20,000 nucleotides of DNA, from the IMG/VR virus record IMGVR_UViG_3300043571_000263, one strand, 5' to 3'. The stretch's first letter is position 1. Each line of letters opens with the position of its first letter. Below the pieces are notes generated by a model. The model made no database searches. It was not told the origin of the DNA and saw only the letters and a list, made by a program, of their open reading frames with translations. Of this stretch, positions 1-8,849 are shown one piece after another. Origin of the DNA: an uncultured virus (IMG/VR IMGVR_UViG_3300043571_000263). Lineage: Duplodnaviria > Heunggongvirae > Uroviricota > Caudoviricetes. Made by a program: the position numbers and the translations under genes.

Positions 1-87
1 CGCGAGGGGGATAGACGGCTATTAGTTTTAGGAGGCGATGTCGCTCACCAACCAGCGTCCGTGACCAATTCGGCTAAGTCATAATTG

Positions 88-116
88 AATCTACTATATT
101 GACAATATGGTGTCAA
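88..116 (-). promoter_or_regulatory. Sigma70-type promoter (TTGACA-17 bp-TAGATT) pointing out of the window; the -35 box is one arm of a TTGACA-N6-TGTCAA inverted repeat
   Basis: On the minus strand, TTGACA lies at 116-111, followed by a 17 bp spacer and TAGATT at 93-88. It sits immediately after the terminator. The inverted repeat spans 99-116. Confidence 0.65.
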
Positions 117-117
117 C

Positions 118-152
118 AAAAAAAAGAGCGAGATGTTACTCTCGCCCTTTTT
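118..152 (-). terminator. Rho-independent terminator downstream of the scaffold-like gene (possibly bidirectional)
   Basis: The minus strand reads GGGCGAGA-GTAACA-TCTCGCTC (8 bp stem with one G-U pair) followed by T8. It lies ~20 bp after the stop at 170, and a T5 run flanks the other side on the plus strand. Confidence 0.8.
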
Positions 153-169
153 GTGCTGATAGGGGGAAA

Positions 170-1486
170 TTAGCGACGAAGCAGTGTTGCGCCGAAGTTG
201 GTCAACGACTTGTCATCTATGTCCTCTTCTGGCTCTTGCGCCTCTGTGGTGGACGTTCCAAGACTGGGAGAAGCTCCGACCAATCCTTCGATTTGTTTTT
301 TGAGTTCTGCAATCTCCGCGTTCTTTGCCTCTGACACTTTGGCAAGTTGCGTTGAATAATGGCTGATTGCAGACTCCAAGAACGGAACAACGGAAGCCTT
401 GGCAAGAATGGAAGACCTCTCTTCCACGCTCAATCTATCGAGGTTTATTTCGGCTGCTGTTTTTCTGGCGCTCCGAATGTGGTTGTTCCAGTCATCTTGT
501 CCGTCAACCTCTTTTAAGAAGTTATGCCTGTCTTCAAAATTTGTCCACGTTTTTGATGTGAATACCTTTTGCAAGCGCAGATCGTTCTCGATGAACTCTT
601 GTTCCTCTTGGGCTTTCCGCGCTTTCTCGTTTTCCACAAGAGATTCAGCGTCTCTCTGAAAGCGTTCATGCTCTGATGCTAGGTTGTGGTATTTCTCGGC
701 CAGCTTGACAACCTCGATTTGCTCCATGCGCTTGAAGTCGCCAATCAGGTCTTCAAGGCTATCGGTTCGCTTGCGAATGTCGGGTTCTGTAACCGCTTGC
801 CATAGCTTGCCGAAATCCGCGTCATTGGCTTCGGCGATTGCGCGAAGATCACCCTGCAATCCGTTTAGCGGCTTTTTGACCCTTTCAACATACTCTGGAC
901 TGCGTTCAAAGTTGGCTGTTTTAAGCTCTCTGCTGAGTTCTGCAATTTTGGTCTTGTAGTCTTCGATTTCCTTTTTGTAGTTTTCGGCCTCAAAGGAACT
1001 CGTTGTTGAGGCGGCTTCTTTGGCGGCTTTAAGTTCTGCGGCAAGCCTGTCCCTTTCTTCTCTCGCTTTTTTAAGCTCTGCTTTGTGCTCTTTCCAAGAA
1101 GACAGTCCCTTTTCCGAATCATCTCCAGAGGGTTTGTCCGCAACCTCTTTGTCGTTAAAGTGGGGATTGACAGGAAGATCAGAGTCGGAAGAAACCAATT
1201 CTTCAGTTTTATCTTCGCTTTTTTCAGTAGCTTTTTCAGTTTGTTTTGCAATGTCAACATCTTCAGTTTTCTTGGTTTTTTCTTCAACGTCTCTGGTGGG
1301 AACCTTGGTTTTTTCCTCCTGCTTAACAACCTCCTTGACTGGCGGTTGCTCTGCCGCTTTTTCAGCATCAGGTGTTGCTGGAGCCTGCTCGACGACTGGC
1401 TCTGCTGTCTCTTGACTTCTACCAAGAACGGCTCCGGCAAAATCTGCCTCGCCCGTTAATGCACTGTTTAGTATCGCGTTTGACAT
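170..1486 (-). CDS. Putative capsid scaffolding/assembly protein (438 aa)
   Basis: The protein has an acidic, Pro/Glu/Lys-rich low-complexity N-terminus followed by long coiled-coil segments. It lies two genes downstream of the probable portal, the usual scaffold position. The function is inferred from position and composition. Confidence 0.55.
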   Translation of the reverse strand: MSNAILNSALTGEADFAGAVLGRSQETAEPVVEQAPATPDAEKAAEQPPVKEVVKQEEKTKVPTRDVEEKTKKTEDVDIAKQTEKATEKSEDKTEELVSSDSDLPVNPHFNDKEVADKPSGDDSEKGLSSWKEHKAELKKAREERDRLAAELKAAKEAASTTSSFEAENYKKEIEDYKTKIAELSRELKTANFERSPEYVERVKKPLNGLQGDLRAIAEANDADFGKLWQAVTEPDIRKRTDSLEDLIGDFKRMEQIEVVKLAEKYHNLASEHERFQRDAESLVENEKARKAQEEQEFIENDLRLQKVFTSKTWTNFEDRHNFLKEVDGQDDWNNHIRSARKTAAEINLDRLSVEERSSILAKASVVPFLESAISHYSTQLAKVSEAKNAEIAELKKQIEGLVGASPSLGTSTTEAQEPEEDIDDKSLTNFGATLLRR

Positions 1487-1488
1487 GG

Positions 1489-1779
1489 TTATTTATTTTT
1501 TTCTGATGTTATATGTGAAAATGGTTCTGGAAGCTCTGTTTTCGGTTTGTTCTCCACTCTTCCATTAGCCAAAATTTCAACAAGGTCAAGCACTTCTTGT
1601 CCGCCCTCATAGAATCCACAGGTTTTGATGAACACTGGAGACAGATCGAATCCCTGTGCGACTTGTCCAACCATTCGTCGTGGTCTTACCTTTTTGGCAA
1701 TTATCTTCAATCCCTTAATCATGTGAGACTCTTGCCAAGTCTTTGCCCACTCGCGGGCGTCTTGATCTGTCCATTCCAT
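1489..1779 (-). CDS. Hypothetical head-module protein (96 aa) between portal and scaffold
   Basis: Clean ORF ending 2 bp before the next start codon, with a promoter-like motif upstream. Small genes commonly occupy this position in phage head modules. Confidence 0.7.
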   Translation of the reverse strand: MEWTDQDAREWAKTWQESHMIKGLKIIAKKVRPRRMVGQVAQGFDLSPVFIKTCGFYEGGQEVLDLVEILANGRVENKPKTELPEPFSHITSEKNK

Positions 1780-1784
1780 TGATA

Positions 1785-1796
1785 AGTCTAACTATA
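1785..1796 (-). promoter_or_regulatory. Copy of the recurring intergenic motif (TATAGTTAGACT), candidate promoter
   Basis: It lies in an AT-rich gap 5 bp upstream of the ATG at 1779, with TAGACA at 1817-1812 further upstream. Confidence 0.45.
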
Positions 1797-1835
1797 CGAA
1801 AATTTTATTCTTGTCTAGCACGAATAGTGTAAAAA

Positions 1836-4112
1836 TTAAACTGTTTGCGCGGCAATCGGTGGTCTGCCTGCGGGTCTGGCTGTTTTCTCCAAAATGGAAC
1901 TGCGCGTTTTGAGGTCGTTGAGGGCCATCTGCTGCCTGATTGTTTCCATCTTTTGCTGATGCGCCTCTTGGCTCATCATTCGTTTTTCCTGCATTTCCGC
2001 CAAGCGCAGTTGTGCTTTTTCTAGCTCAATCATGTCTTTGGGGTTCGGCTGTTGTCCTTGTTGCTGCCCCGCCAAAGCCTGTTCCTGCATCTTATTTTGC
2101 TCGGTCATCATTCTGTTTATGACCTGTTGCTCAAGTTCGTCAACGTATGCGGTGACATTTTGCAGTTGTCTCTTGAGTTCGTTGACCTCCTGCTTGCGGA
2201 AACTATTGGTGGAAAAGAACACCAAATGCTGTGTGGTATGGTCTGCCAGCGGGCGGAGAATTTGCATTGCCTGCTCGTCTGGGATTTGCTGCTGGCGATG
2301 AAGCTCGACAATTTCCGCCATAAGCGGGATATGGGCCTCGATGTGAACAGCGTGGTTTTGGCTGTCGTGGACAATTTGCTGTATTCCTTGGCGGAGGTTT
2401 CCGTTTTCAAGGTTGGCAATGTCAAAGTCAACAACGCGCCTTGGGCCTTTGTCTGCCACGAAAAGATCAACCTTCTGGTAGCCAACTCCGGGGATTCCGG
2501 CCACAACCGCTCTAAGCGTGTTTTCTTTGCCCTTCTCGTCCATCAGCGAATAAAGCTCCATGAGCTGCTTGCTGGCCATCTCGGTCATCACTGGGCTTCC
2601 GTCGCCCATGGCCCGCATTGCCGTCACCTTCAAGAACTGGCGCATCCTTTCAATGGACACACCCTGTCTCTTGCATCTGGCGCGAAATTCGAGCGCAAGT
2701 CTTCCGCCTTTGTCGTTTGGCGTAATGAATGGGGAAACAGCGCGGCGATATTGCTCTGTCAGGAGCTTGTTGTATGGGGTGTAAAAAAGCTCCAAGGCTG
2801 CTGCGTTGAGTGTGGATTCTTGTCTCGCCTGCTGCACAACCTCCGTGGCCGATCTTGCTTGTCCCTCTGGCGTCACAGAGCGCGAGCGATAGCTGCCCGT
2901 GTTGTTCTGTAGGGTCTGGCTCATCAAGTTGTAAACAGGAAGTCCTTGTGTAGCCACGGTCGGGGGAGTGAGCTGAACTGGTGTCAGTCCGTTGGGAATA
3001 AACGTGTATGGCCCAACCTCGATGTATTGGAAGTCTTGGATAGCTTCAGAATCCCCCTGTAGCTGAATGAGCCCAGCGGTTATGGCGGCTTGGGCGGCTT
3101 GGCAAAGGATTCTGTTGGAAACTTGAATCGGATTGTAAATCTTTTGCTTTAATCCGCGAATGGTATGAAAGGTTCCTTGGCCTACGCCGTAGGTAAAGAT
3201 GACAAAACAATTGTTAACGCTATTGTATTTTCCGTATCTCTCGTAAAGAAAATCATCAGCGTCTCTGGAAGCGATTAGCTGCGTGAACTTTCCGTCAAAC
3301 TCTCGGTTGTATGCGTAAATCAATTGAGCGCGATGGTAGGCGGACTCTCCAGAATAAAGGTCGTTCTCCTTTACCTCGCGCTCAAAGTCTTCCCAGTGAT
3401 GGGTGTAATTCTTCCACTGATCAGACTTTGTGGAAGCCTTCCAAATAGCCTGTTTCACAGCCTCGATATTCCAACCCATCGCATTCGCCGTCTTGGGATT
3501 ACGGATGTAGTAATAAAGCTGACTAACACTCATGTTGCGCGTAACAATGGCAACCTCTATCGCCTCGTCCGACACCTTTGTGTCTCTGGCAACCTTGAAG
3601 TCTTTCAGCCCGCAGGGCTCCCAAAATATGGTTCGCTCGTCGGGCCACATGGCAACGCCAACGCCGTCACCAACGAACTCTCGCGAAAGTAGCTGCATGT
3701 TGTATGGGTAGTCGCTCCACTCCTTAAGCATCCAATCAAACTCCTGTGAGATGATTTCTGAATCTTCGTTTGAATCGCCCTCATACGCTTCCATGATAAC
3801 GTTGGCAATTCTGGGGACGCCGTTCTGTAGTTCGATATACGGAGCCAAAGCCGCCTCCATGACGGCACTAGCCTCTCCGAAGTTCGCATTGACAATGTGC
3901 GTCAATCCCTTGTCTCTTAGTTCGTCGGAATCATAGGGAGCCTCGCCATTAACAAGGGCTTGAGCTTTTGACCTCAGATACGCCGCTTCTTCGTCTTGGT
4001 CGATATATTTGTCCGCTATTGAAACAAGATGCTCCGAAGAAGATATGCGCTTTTTAGGCACAGCACCAGAATCGTCAATATTGCTTAATTCAGCGTTTCC
4101 TTTGGTTTCCAT
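1836..4112 (-). CDS. Probable portal protein (758 aa) with a long Gln-rich C-terminal coiled-coil
   Basis: Size and position (downstream of terL, upstream of the scaffold-like gene) fit a portal. It has a 'RSATEVVQQ' segment like the TATE motif of podovirus-type portals and a Q-rich helical tail resembling P22-type portals. Confidence 0.65.
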   Translation of the reverse strand: METKGNAELSNIDDSGAVPKKRISSSEHLVSIADKYIDQDEEAAYLRSKAQALVNGEAPYDSDELRDKGLTHIVNANFGEASAVMEAALAPYIELQNGVPRIANVIMEAYEGDSNEDSEIISQEFDWMLKEWSDYPYNMQLLSREFVGDGVGVAMWPDERTIFWEPCGLKDFKVARDTKVSDEAIEVAIVTRNMSVSQLYYYIRNPKTANAMGWNIEAVKQAIWKASTKSDQWKNYTHHWEDFEREVKENDLYSGESAYHRAQLIYAYNREFDGKFTQLIASRDADDFLYERYGKYNSVNNCFVIFTYGVGQGTFHTIRGLKQKIYNPIQVSNRILCQAAQAAITAGLIQLQGDSEAIQDFQYIEVGPYTFIPNGLTPVQLTPPTVATQGLPVYNLMSQTLQNNTGSYRSRSVTPEGQARSATEVVQQARQESTLNAAALELFYTPYNKLLTEQYRRAVSPFITPNDKGGRLALEFRARCKRQGVSIERMRQFLKVTAMRAMGDGSPVMTEMASKQLMELYSLMDEKGKENTLRAVVAGIPGVGYQKVDLFVADKGPRRVVDFDIANLENGNLRQGIQQIVHDSQNHAVHIEAHIPLMAEIVELHRQQQIPDEQAMQILRPLADHTTQHLVFFSTNSFRKQEVNELKRQLQNVTAYVDELEQQVINRMMTEQNKMQEQALAGQQQGQQPNPKDMIELEKAQLRLAEMQEKRMMSQEAHQQKMETIRQQMALNDLKTRSSILEKTARPAGRPPIAAQTV

Positions 4113-4122
4113 GAATCTTTAT

Positions 4123-4150
4123 ATTCTATTATATCAATCTATTAAGTCAA
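4123..4150 (-). promoter_or_regulatory. Promoter for the portal gene: TTGACT-16-TAGAAT, overlapping an extended -10 (TG-A-TATAAT)
   Basis: On the minus strand, TTGACT is at 4150-4145, TGATATAAT at 4136-4128 and TAGAAT at 4128-4123. The ATG is at 4112. Confidence 0.6.
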
Positions 4151-4155
4151 ACCCA

Positions 4156-4659
4156 TTAAACGCTTTGCGTATGGGGAATGAGCAATGATGCCTTTTTGAT
4201 TCCGTCATTTACCACGTTAAGGTCTGGATTAAGGGCGGAGCGAACAGATGAGGCAATATCAATTTTATCTTGCGCCGTAACTCCAGAGCCAGTTGCTACA
4301 ACGGTTGATGCTGCGGACTGGATTAGCAAGGTTTGGACTCCTTCTGAGTAGGCGATTGGGTCGCCTTCTGGGCCTCCTGTGAGGTTTCCTCCAGCGACTC
4401 GCGCAACGTAGTTTCCCGCCGTAAAACGAAGTTGCCACGTCCCCAATAGTTCGACGGTGAGGCCAACTTGCACTCCGGGGCCAAGTTCTTTGAGTCCTGA
4501 ACCTGATCCGATTCCTTCATAAATTATTCCGACCTCCCCCGATTGTGCTGTTTTGATGGCAGAATAAAGCGTGGAACAATCAACATCTGTTGTTCCATCA
4601 TCGACCTCGATAATGGATGTTTCAAAATCGAAGGTAAATGGAGATACATATTCTGTCAT
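4156..4659 (-). CDS. Putative virion structural protein (167 aa)
   Basis: Gly/Ser/Thr/Val-rich, beta-like sequence. It is translationally coupled to the upstream gene through a TAATG overlap at 4659. Confidence 0.65.
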   Translation of the reverse strand: MTEYVSPFTFDFETSIIEVDDGTTDVDCSTLYSAIKTAQSGEVGIIYEGIGSGSGLKELGPGVQVGLTVELLGTWQLRFTAGNYVARVAGGNLTGGPEGDPIAYSEGVQTLLIQSAASTVVATGSGVTAQDKIDIASSVRSALNPDLNVVNDGIKKASLLIPHTQSV

Positions 4660-6095
4660 TATACATCGGAGTTCCTACTTGCGTTAACAGAGCCTCCCGC
4701 CGATGTCACGCTTAATAGTGTATTAAACGGAATAATTGGTGATTCGCCAGAGCCATTGCGAACGTCAACTCTTGCGGTGAAGTTTGTTGAAAAGATGAAG
4801 GTCACGCTTTCGCTTGATGCCGCCGCAACCTTGTCGATGAACGGAACAAATACATCGTCTGCCGTCACAATGTTGCCCGCAAGAGATGGGGACAGGCCAG
4901 AAAACGTTTTGGTTCCAGCGTTAAATGAAGAGTAGGTATATCGAAGCCCCTTGATGCGAATCACGCCAGATGATGGTGTATCCGTCTTGATGGACTCCAC
5001 GACCTGTAACGATGTTGCTCCAGAGTTGGCTGCAACGGGTGTATATTCGTCTTTGAGCACTCCGCCGCTTCCGTTTTCTCTGGCCACCAAAACCCTGTCT
5101 CCAGAAACAAGGTTTCCAACGGTGATGCCGATAAGTGTTGGCGGCACTTGCGTTGTTCCATCATCGGCGATCAATTGATAGCGCGTAGCTTCAGCGGGTA
5201 AAACGCCAGACAAATACCATCCTCTGGCAACGAAAAGGGTTCCACCAGCAAATGTCCCGAACGGAGCAGAAACAACCTCCGGATATGCGGAGTTGAGCTT
5301 TCGATAACGCCATCCCGGAATGCTGTTCAGTGTTGTGGTTGACGACTCTCTTGTTATATATTGGAGATACTGATACGCCTCCTGTAACGTGCAAGAATCC
5401 GACAAAGCTATCGTTCCCTTGTAAAGCTTTGAGCCGTTACCATTGCCAATGTCTTGAGTGGTGTCTCCGAATGTGATTGTTACCTTTGACGAAAGAAGTG
5501 CGGCGTTTTCCTCGGAAAGAACGATTGACGCATCCACTGAGGTTGACAAAGCTGCCGCCGATTCGCCGCCAGCAGCAAGGTTTGTGTCAAAGTGTGAATA
5601 TGTTTGACCCCACTTTCTTGAAAATGCGGTCACGTCCCCGCTATCAATAAATGAACCGCTCGTTCTGACTTTAACCAAAATCTGTATATGTCCATCAGAC
5701 CAGAACTTGGTTAGCTTGTTTCCGTTCTGCACAACGTAAATCGGTGATTCGGCAACAATACCACCGATTGTTTTTAGACCCGAATATTGAACGTTACCAC
5801 CGTCCTGCTTGATGGAGCCAAAGTTAATGTATTGAGATGCGCTGTCATCAATATTGAAAACAACGGAACCTGATGTTAGGAGGTTTAACCGCGATGCAAC
5901 AGCCGCGTCTCTTGGGCCGTCAAGTCTGGACGGGTTGGGTGCTAATGTGTCAAGAAGATCATTGCCGCTGGATGATGCGTCGTCTGCCAAATCCTGCAAC
6001 CAAGCGTGAAGATCTAAAACGCTATAAATGGTGGTTCCGCTGGTATGCCGAATATCTCCTGTTGCGCTAATTGAAAAATCGTCTTGAATTGCCAT
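4659..6095 (-). CDS. Putative virion structural/fibre-associated beta-rich protein (478 aa)
   Basis: Long intact S/T/G-rich ORF. Its C-terminal domain resembles that of the 744 aa neighbour. Confidence 0.65.
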   Translation of the reverse strand: MAIQDDFSISATGDIRHTSGTTIYSVLDLHAWLQDLADDASSSGNDLLDTLAPNPSRLDGPRDAAVASRLNLLTSGSVVFNIDDSASQYINFGSIKQDGGNVQYSGLKTIGGIVAESPIYVVQNGNKLTKFWSDGHIQILVKVRTSGSFIDSGDVTAFSRKWGQTYSHFDTNLAAGGESAAALSTSVDASIVLSEENAALLSSKVTITFGDTTQDIGNGNGSKLYKGTIALSDSCTLQEAYQYLQYITRESSTTTLNSIPGWRYRKLNSAYPEVVSAPFGTFAGGTLFVARGWYLSGVLPAEATRYQLIADDGTTQVPPTLIGITVGNLVSGDRVLVARENGSGGVLKDEYTPVAANSGATSLQVVESIKTDTPSSGVIRIKGLRYTYSSFNAGTKTFSGLSPSLAGNIVTADDVFVPFIDKVAAASSESVTFIFSTNFTARVDVRNGSGESPIIPFNTLLSVTSAGGSVNASRNSDV

Positions 6096-6135
6096 ATTTT
6101 GTTGGGGGTATGTTTTTTACAATGCGGGCCTTACA

Positions 6136-6147
6136 AGTATAACTATA
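6136..6147 (-). promoter_or_regulatory. Copy of the recurring intergenic motif (TATAGTTATACT), candidate promoter
   Basis: It lies in the AT-rich gap at 6096-6174 and contains the -10-like hexamer TATACT. Confidence 0.45.
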
Positions 6148-6174
6148 AAATTCTCAATTTCCAGAAATTATTTT

Positions 6175-8409
6175 TTAATCTATTTCTTGAAGCGCGGTAA
6201 CCGTAGCTCCTGAGCCTACAGTAACAATCGTAAACCATGGCTTATATGCTGGAGTTCCGCTGGCATTACGAGCCTCAACTCTTACCTCTCCAGTGTAAGT
6301 TAGAGAAAAGGTGCGAGTTGTTCCTGCTTCTAAAACGTTTTCCAAAACCGTTCCGTTGTCGGTGCGGACTATTTTGATTCGAGAGCCAGCGACAAGATTG
6401 TTTACCGTAAGTTCCGCTCCGCTTATGATTGTAACTGTTGCGCCCTCGCTAGTTACTTGGCCGCTCTCTAAGGTGGTTGAGCCAGACAATGTTATCGTTA
6501 CCGTTCCAGAAGTTTTTAATACATGAACTCTATCTGTGCTTGGTGTTCCCGCAAATGTAACATCGGTCAGAGTGAACTCTGTTACGCTTGTTCCCAGCTC
6601 AATATGATACGCTGCTGACGTATTTGAAACGTCAATTGTCGTTCCGTTCATGCTGCTGTTGGCACTAAAGGCAATGGCGGCATCTGTGCTGCGGGTTGAT
6701 GTAATGTTGCAATTGTTGAACTGTGCGCCCTTTGCGTCTATTTCTCCACATTGCTGAAATGCCGCACCGTCACAGGTTACTCCGGTTTTCCACACCACGT
6801 CCCAACCAACGATTGAGGCTCCTGCAAATACATAGGTTGCGCTTGTGCTACTGTTTGTGTCAATTGTAAACGCTTGCCTTGTCGTTGTTGCTACAATTGC
6901 GCTTGAAAAATCAATAACGTCAGAACTGCTTGCGCGAACCGTCAGCGGTTGGTCAAGCTCGCCAAGACGAAACCAAGGCGTTTCGGCCTTGCCGCCAATC
7001 TGATATTCCAATGATTGCGCCGAACCCTTAAAATACGTTTCATTGGTTCCGTTTCCAATCTGCGCTGGTATCCCTAATAGAGATTGTCCCGCGCCCTGAA
7101 GAAATGCGCGATAGATTCCGCCACCGCCAGAAGAAATCTTGGCAATATCGGCAATTGTAAGCGGTCTTACCGATCCTCCGCCCAAAAGCTCAATTGTTCC
7201 TATGGAACCCAATGCTTTAAGTGCTATTAAGCGGCTTGTCGCGTTTGCTGTTGTATTGTGACTCAACATGCCAAAATACACAATATTGGCCCAATTGATT
7301 GTTCCAGAAGTAGCAATGAAGGTTTCGTTCGGCAAATCTGCAATTATGCCCTTAAAGTTGTTTGTGCCAAACCGCGCTCTTGATATTGGTTGCCAAGCCG
7401 CCCACGCCCCCGCATTGTCCTCAAAGTAAAATATGGGGCCGCTTGGAGACATGACGTTGTTAAAGTTTGTGTATGCCAAAACGGCAAACAACTTGCCCGC
7501 CGACCAATCTGCCGTTACAGGGAAAACGCCACCGTATATTCCGATGGTTGCTGGCGGTGTGGTCGCAACGGTAACGAATGGCCCATACCAGTTTGGGTCG
7601 CCAGTATAAGATGGCTGAGTTGTGACGGTTGGCCCTGCTGTTGGTGTCAGGCACGTTATTCCCGCAATTGACGCTCTGCGTGTGTGGATGGAAACCGGAG
7701 TTGGGCTATCGGCGTCTAAAGTAAATTCCTCAACAACCGTAAACGGCGAAGATGAATACGCCGTGATGTTTCCACTTGTTTTGTTTCTGATGGCGATTGT
7801 TGCCAAAACTCCACCCCTAGTAACGCTCCTGTCCCAAGTAAATGTTCCAGTGGCCCCCGCCGTTCTTTGATGCTGCTCGACAACATAAAGCTCAACACCT
7901 GTATCGCTGCGGCGAGACACATCTGTAAATCCACCCAAAATCGTTGCTGGAGTTGATACGCCGTTCAGGTCAAGGCCCGCAACGCGAATGATAAGCGCGT
8001 TGTTGTTTGACGTTGTAACGCTTGGAGCCACATATTTTGTAACAAATGATGTTTGCTCTGTCGTTCCAACAGAAACATCGAGAAATGTTGTTGCGTCCGC
8101 ATCTCTAATCAGCATTGCGCTTACAATCCAGTCGTCGCTTGCTCCTGTAATTGTTGGAGCGGTTATATCGCTTCCGCTGCGTTTTGCTTGCCAGATTCCA
8201 ACGCGAACACCAGCAACAGACGCCGAGCTTTTGTATATTTCTGTCCAACCTGCACTAATACCAAGCGCGGTTCCGCCACCATCGTTTACGGCGCACAGCA
8301 ATATGTAGTCGTTGTCTTGTTGTGTATCTGTAATCCATTGATCTGGAACAAACGAAGCAGTTGTTGCCGTTTCGGTTGACGATTGCGCTGTTTGAACGAT
8401 GTAAGCCAT
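6175..8409 (-). CDS. Putative multidomain adhesin/receptor-binding or spike-like virion protein (744 aa)
   Basis: Very Thr/Ala/Gly-rich. It appears to have an N-terminal ~210 aa beta-sandwich-like domain, a Pro/Thr linker (PTPVS...PTAGPTVTTQP), beta-helix-like repeats (CDGAAFQQCGEIDAKGAQFNNCNI) and a small C-terminal beta domain. Confidence 0.6.
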   Translation of the reverse strand: MAYIVQTAQSSTETATTASFVPDQWITDTQQDNDYILLCAVNDGGGTALGISAGWTEIYKSSASVAGVRVGIWQAKRSGSDITAPTITGASDDWIVSAMLIRDADATTFLDVSVGTTEQTSFVTKYVAPSVTTSNNNALIIRVAGLDLNGVSTPATILGGFTDVSRRSDTGVELYVVEQHQRTAGATGTFTWDRSVTRGGVLATIAIRNKTSGNITAYSSSPFTVVEEFTLDADSPTPVSIHTRRASIAGITCLTPTAGPTVTTQPSYTGDPNWYGPFVTVATTPPATIGIYGGVFPVTADWSAGKLFAVLAYTNFNNVMSPSGPIFYFEDNAGAWAAWQPISRARFGTNNFKGIIADLPNETFIATSGTINWANIVYFGMLSHNTTANATSRLIALKALGSIGTIELLGGGSVRPLTIADIAKISSGGGGIYRAFLQGAGQSLLGIPAQIGNGTNETYFKGSAQSLEYQIGGKAETPWFRLGELDQPLTVRASSSDVIDFSSAIVATTTRQAFTIDTNSSTSATYVFAGASIVGWDVVWKTGVTCDGAAFQQCGEIDAKGAQFNNCNITSTRSTDAAIAFSANSSMNGTTIDVSNTSAAYHIELGTSVTEFTLTDVTFAGTPSTDRVHVLKTSGTVTITLSGSTTLESGQVTSEGATVTIISGAELTVNNLVAGSRIKIVRTDNGTVLENVLEAGTTRTFSLTYTGEVRVEARNASGTPAYKPWFTIVTVGSGATVTALQEID

Positions 8410-8414
8410 TTTGT

Positions 8415-8849
8415 TTATGCTCTGGAAACAATAAGTCCAGACAATATACCACCAGAAAAACTCGAATAAAAGGAATCATTCGTTGGGTCATAGGGGGACG
8501 GAACATTTCTGTATCTGGTTACACCTTCCCAAGTATAACTCCATACAGTTCCTGATAAAAATGTTGGAGGTGTGTCCCACATGCTAACAAGGTCAATCCA
8601 AAGCAATGGGGCGTTTTCCCCCGCGTCCCCCTTGTCGCCCTTGTCGCCCTTGACTCCTTGTGGCCCCCTTTCGATGATTTCGATAACGTCCGTGTTGGTT
8701 TCGACAACCTCAATTACGTCAAAATTCGTTTCGACAACTTCAATTACCTCTACATTGAGATTGTTTACCTCTACAACCTCGACACTCCTTTCGACTAAGG
8801 CGACAGTATCGGGATTTGCTTCAACGATCTGCACCACTTCTTGGCTCAT
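8415..8849 (-). CDS. Small fibre/linker protein with VEV-type repeats and a short collagen-like segment (144 aa)
   Basis: It contains VEVIEVVETN-like repeats followed by GPQ-GVK-GDK-GDK-GDA-GEN, and overlaps the upstream gene by TAATG. Confidence 0.7.
   Translation of the reverse strand: MSQEVVQIVEANPDTVALVERSVEVVEVNNLNVEVIEVVETNFDVIEVVETNTDVIEIIERGPQGVKGDKGDKGDAGENAPLLWIDLVSMWDTPPTFLSGTVWSYTWEGVTRYRNVPSPYDPTNDSFYSSFSGGILSGLIVSRA
8613..8790 (-). repeat. Coding tandem repeats: six Gly-X-Y triplets (8613-8666) and imperfect ~30 bp units
   Basis: The 9-mer cccttgtcg occurs in tandem. tcgacaacctcaattac (8701) and tcgacaacttcaattac (8731) are 30 bp apart, with degenerate copies on both sides. 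Confidence 0.8.

Noticed and set aside
865..1459. Alternative-frame and antisense ORFs of 124-191 aa over the scaffold-like gene
   Set aside because: They are by-products of low-complexity Glu/Lys codons. I saw no initiation or frameshift signal.
2052..2912. 286 aa plus-strand ORF
   Set aside because: It lies entirely antisense to the portal gene and has no recognisable motifs, so it is a shadow ORF.
6117..6136. TTACAA direct repeat in the 6096-6174 gap
   Set aside because: It is only 6 bp in AT-rich DNA and I did not see it in the other gaps.
8670..8790. ~30 bp periodic repeats as a possible CRISPR array
   Set aside because: The repeats are degenerate, in-frame and coding, with no unique spacers and no cas genes.
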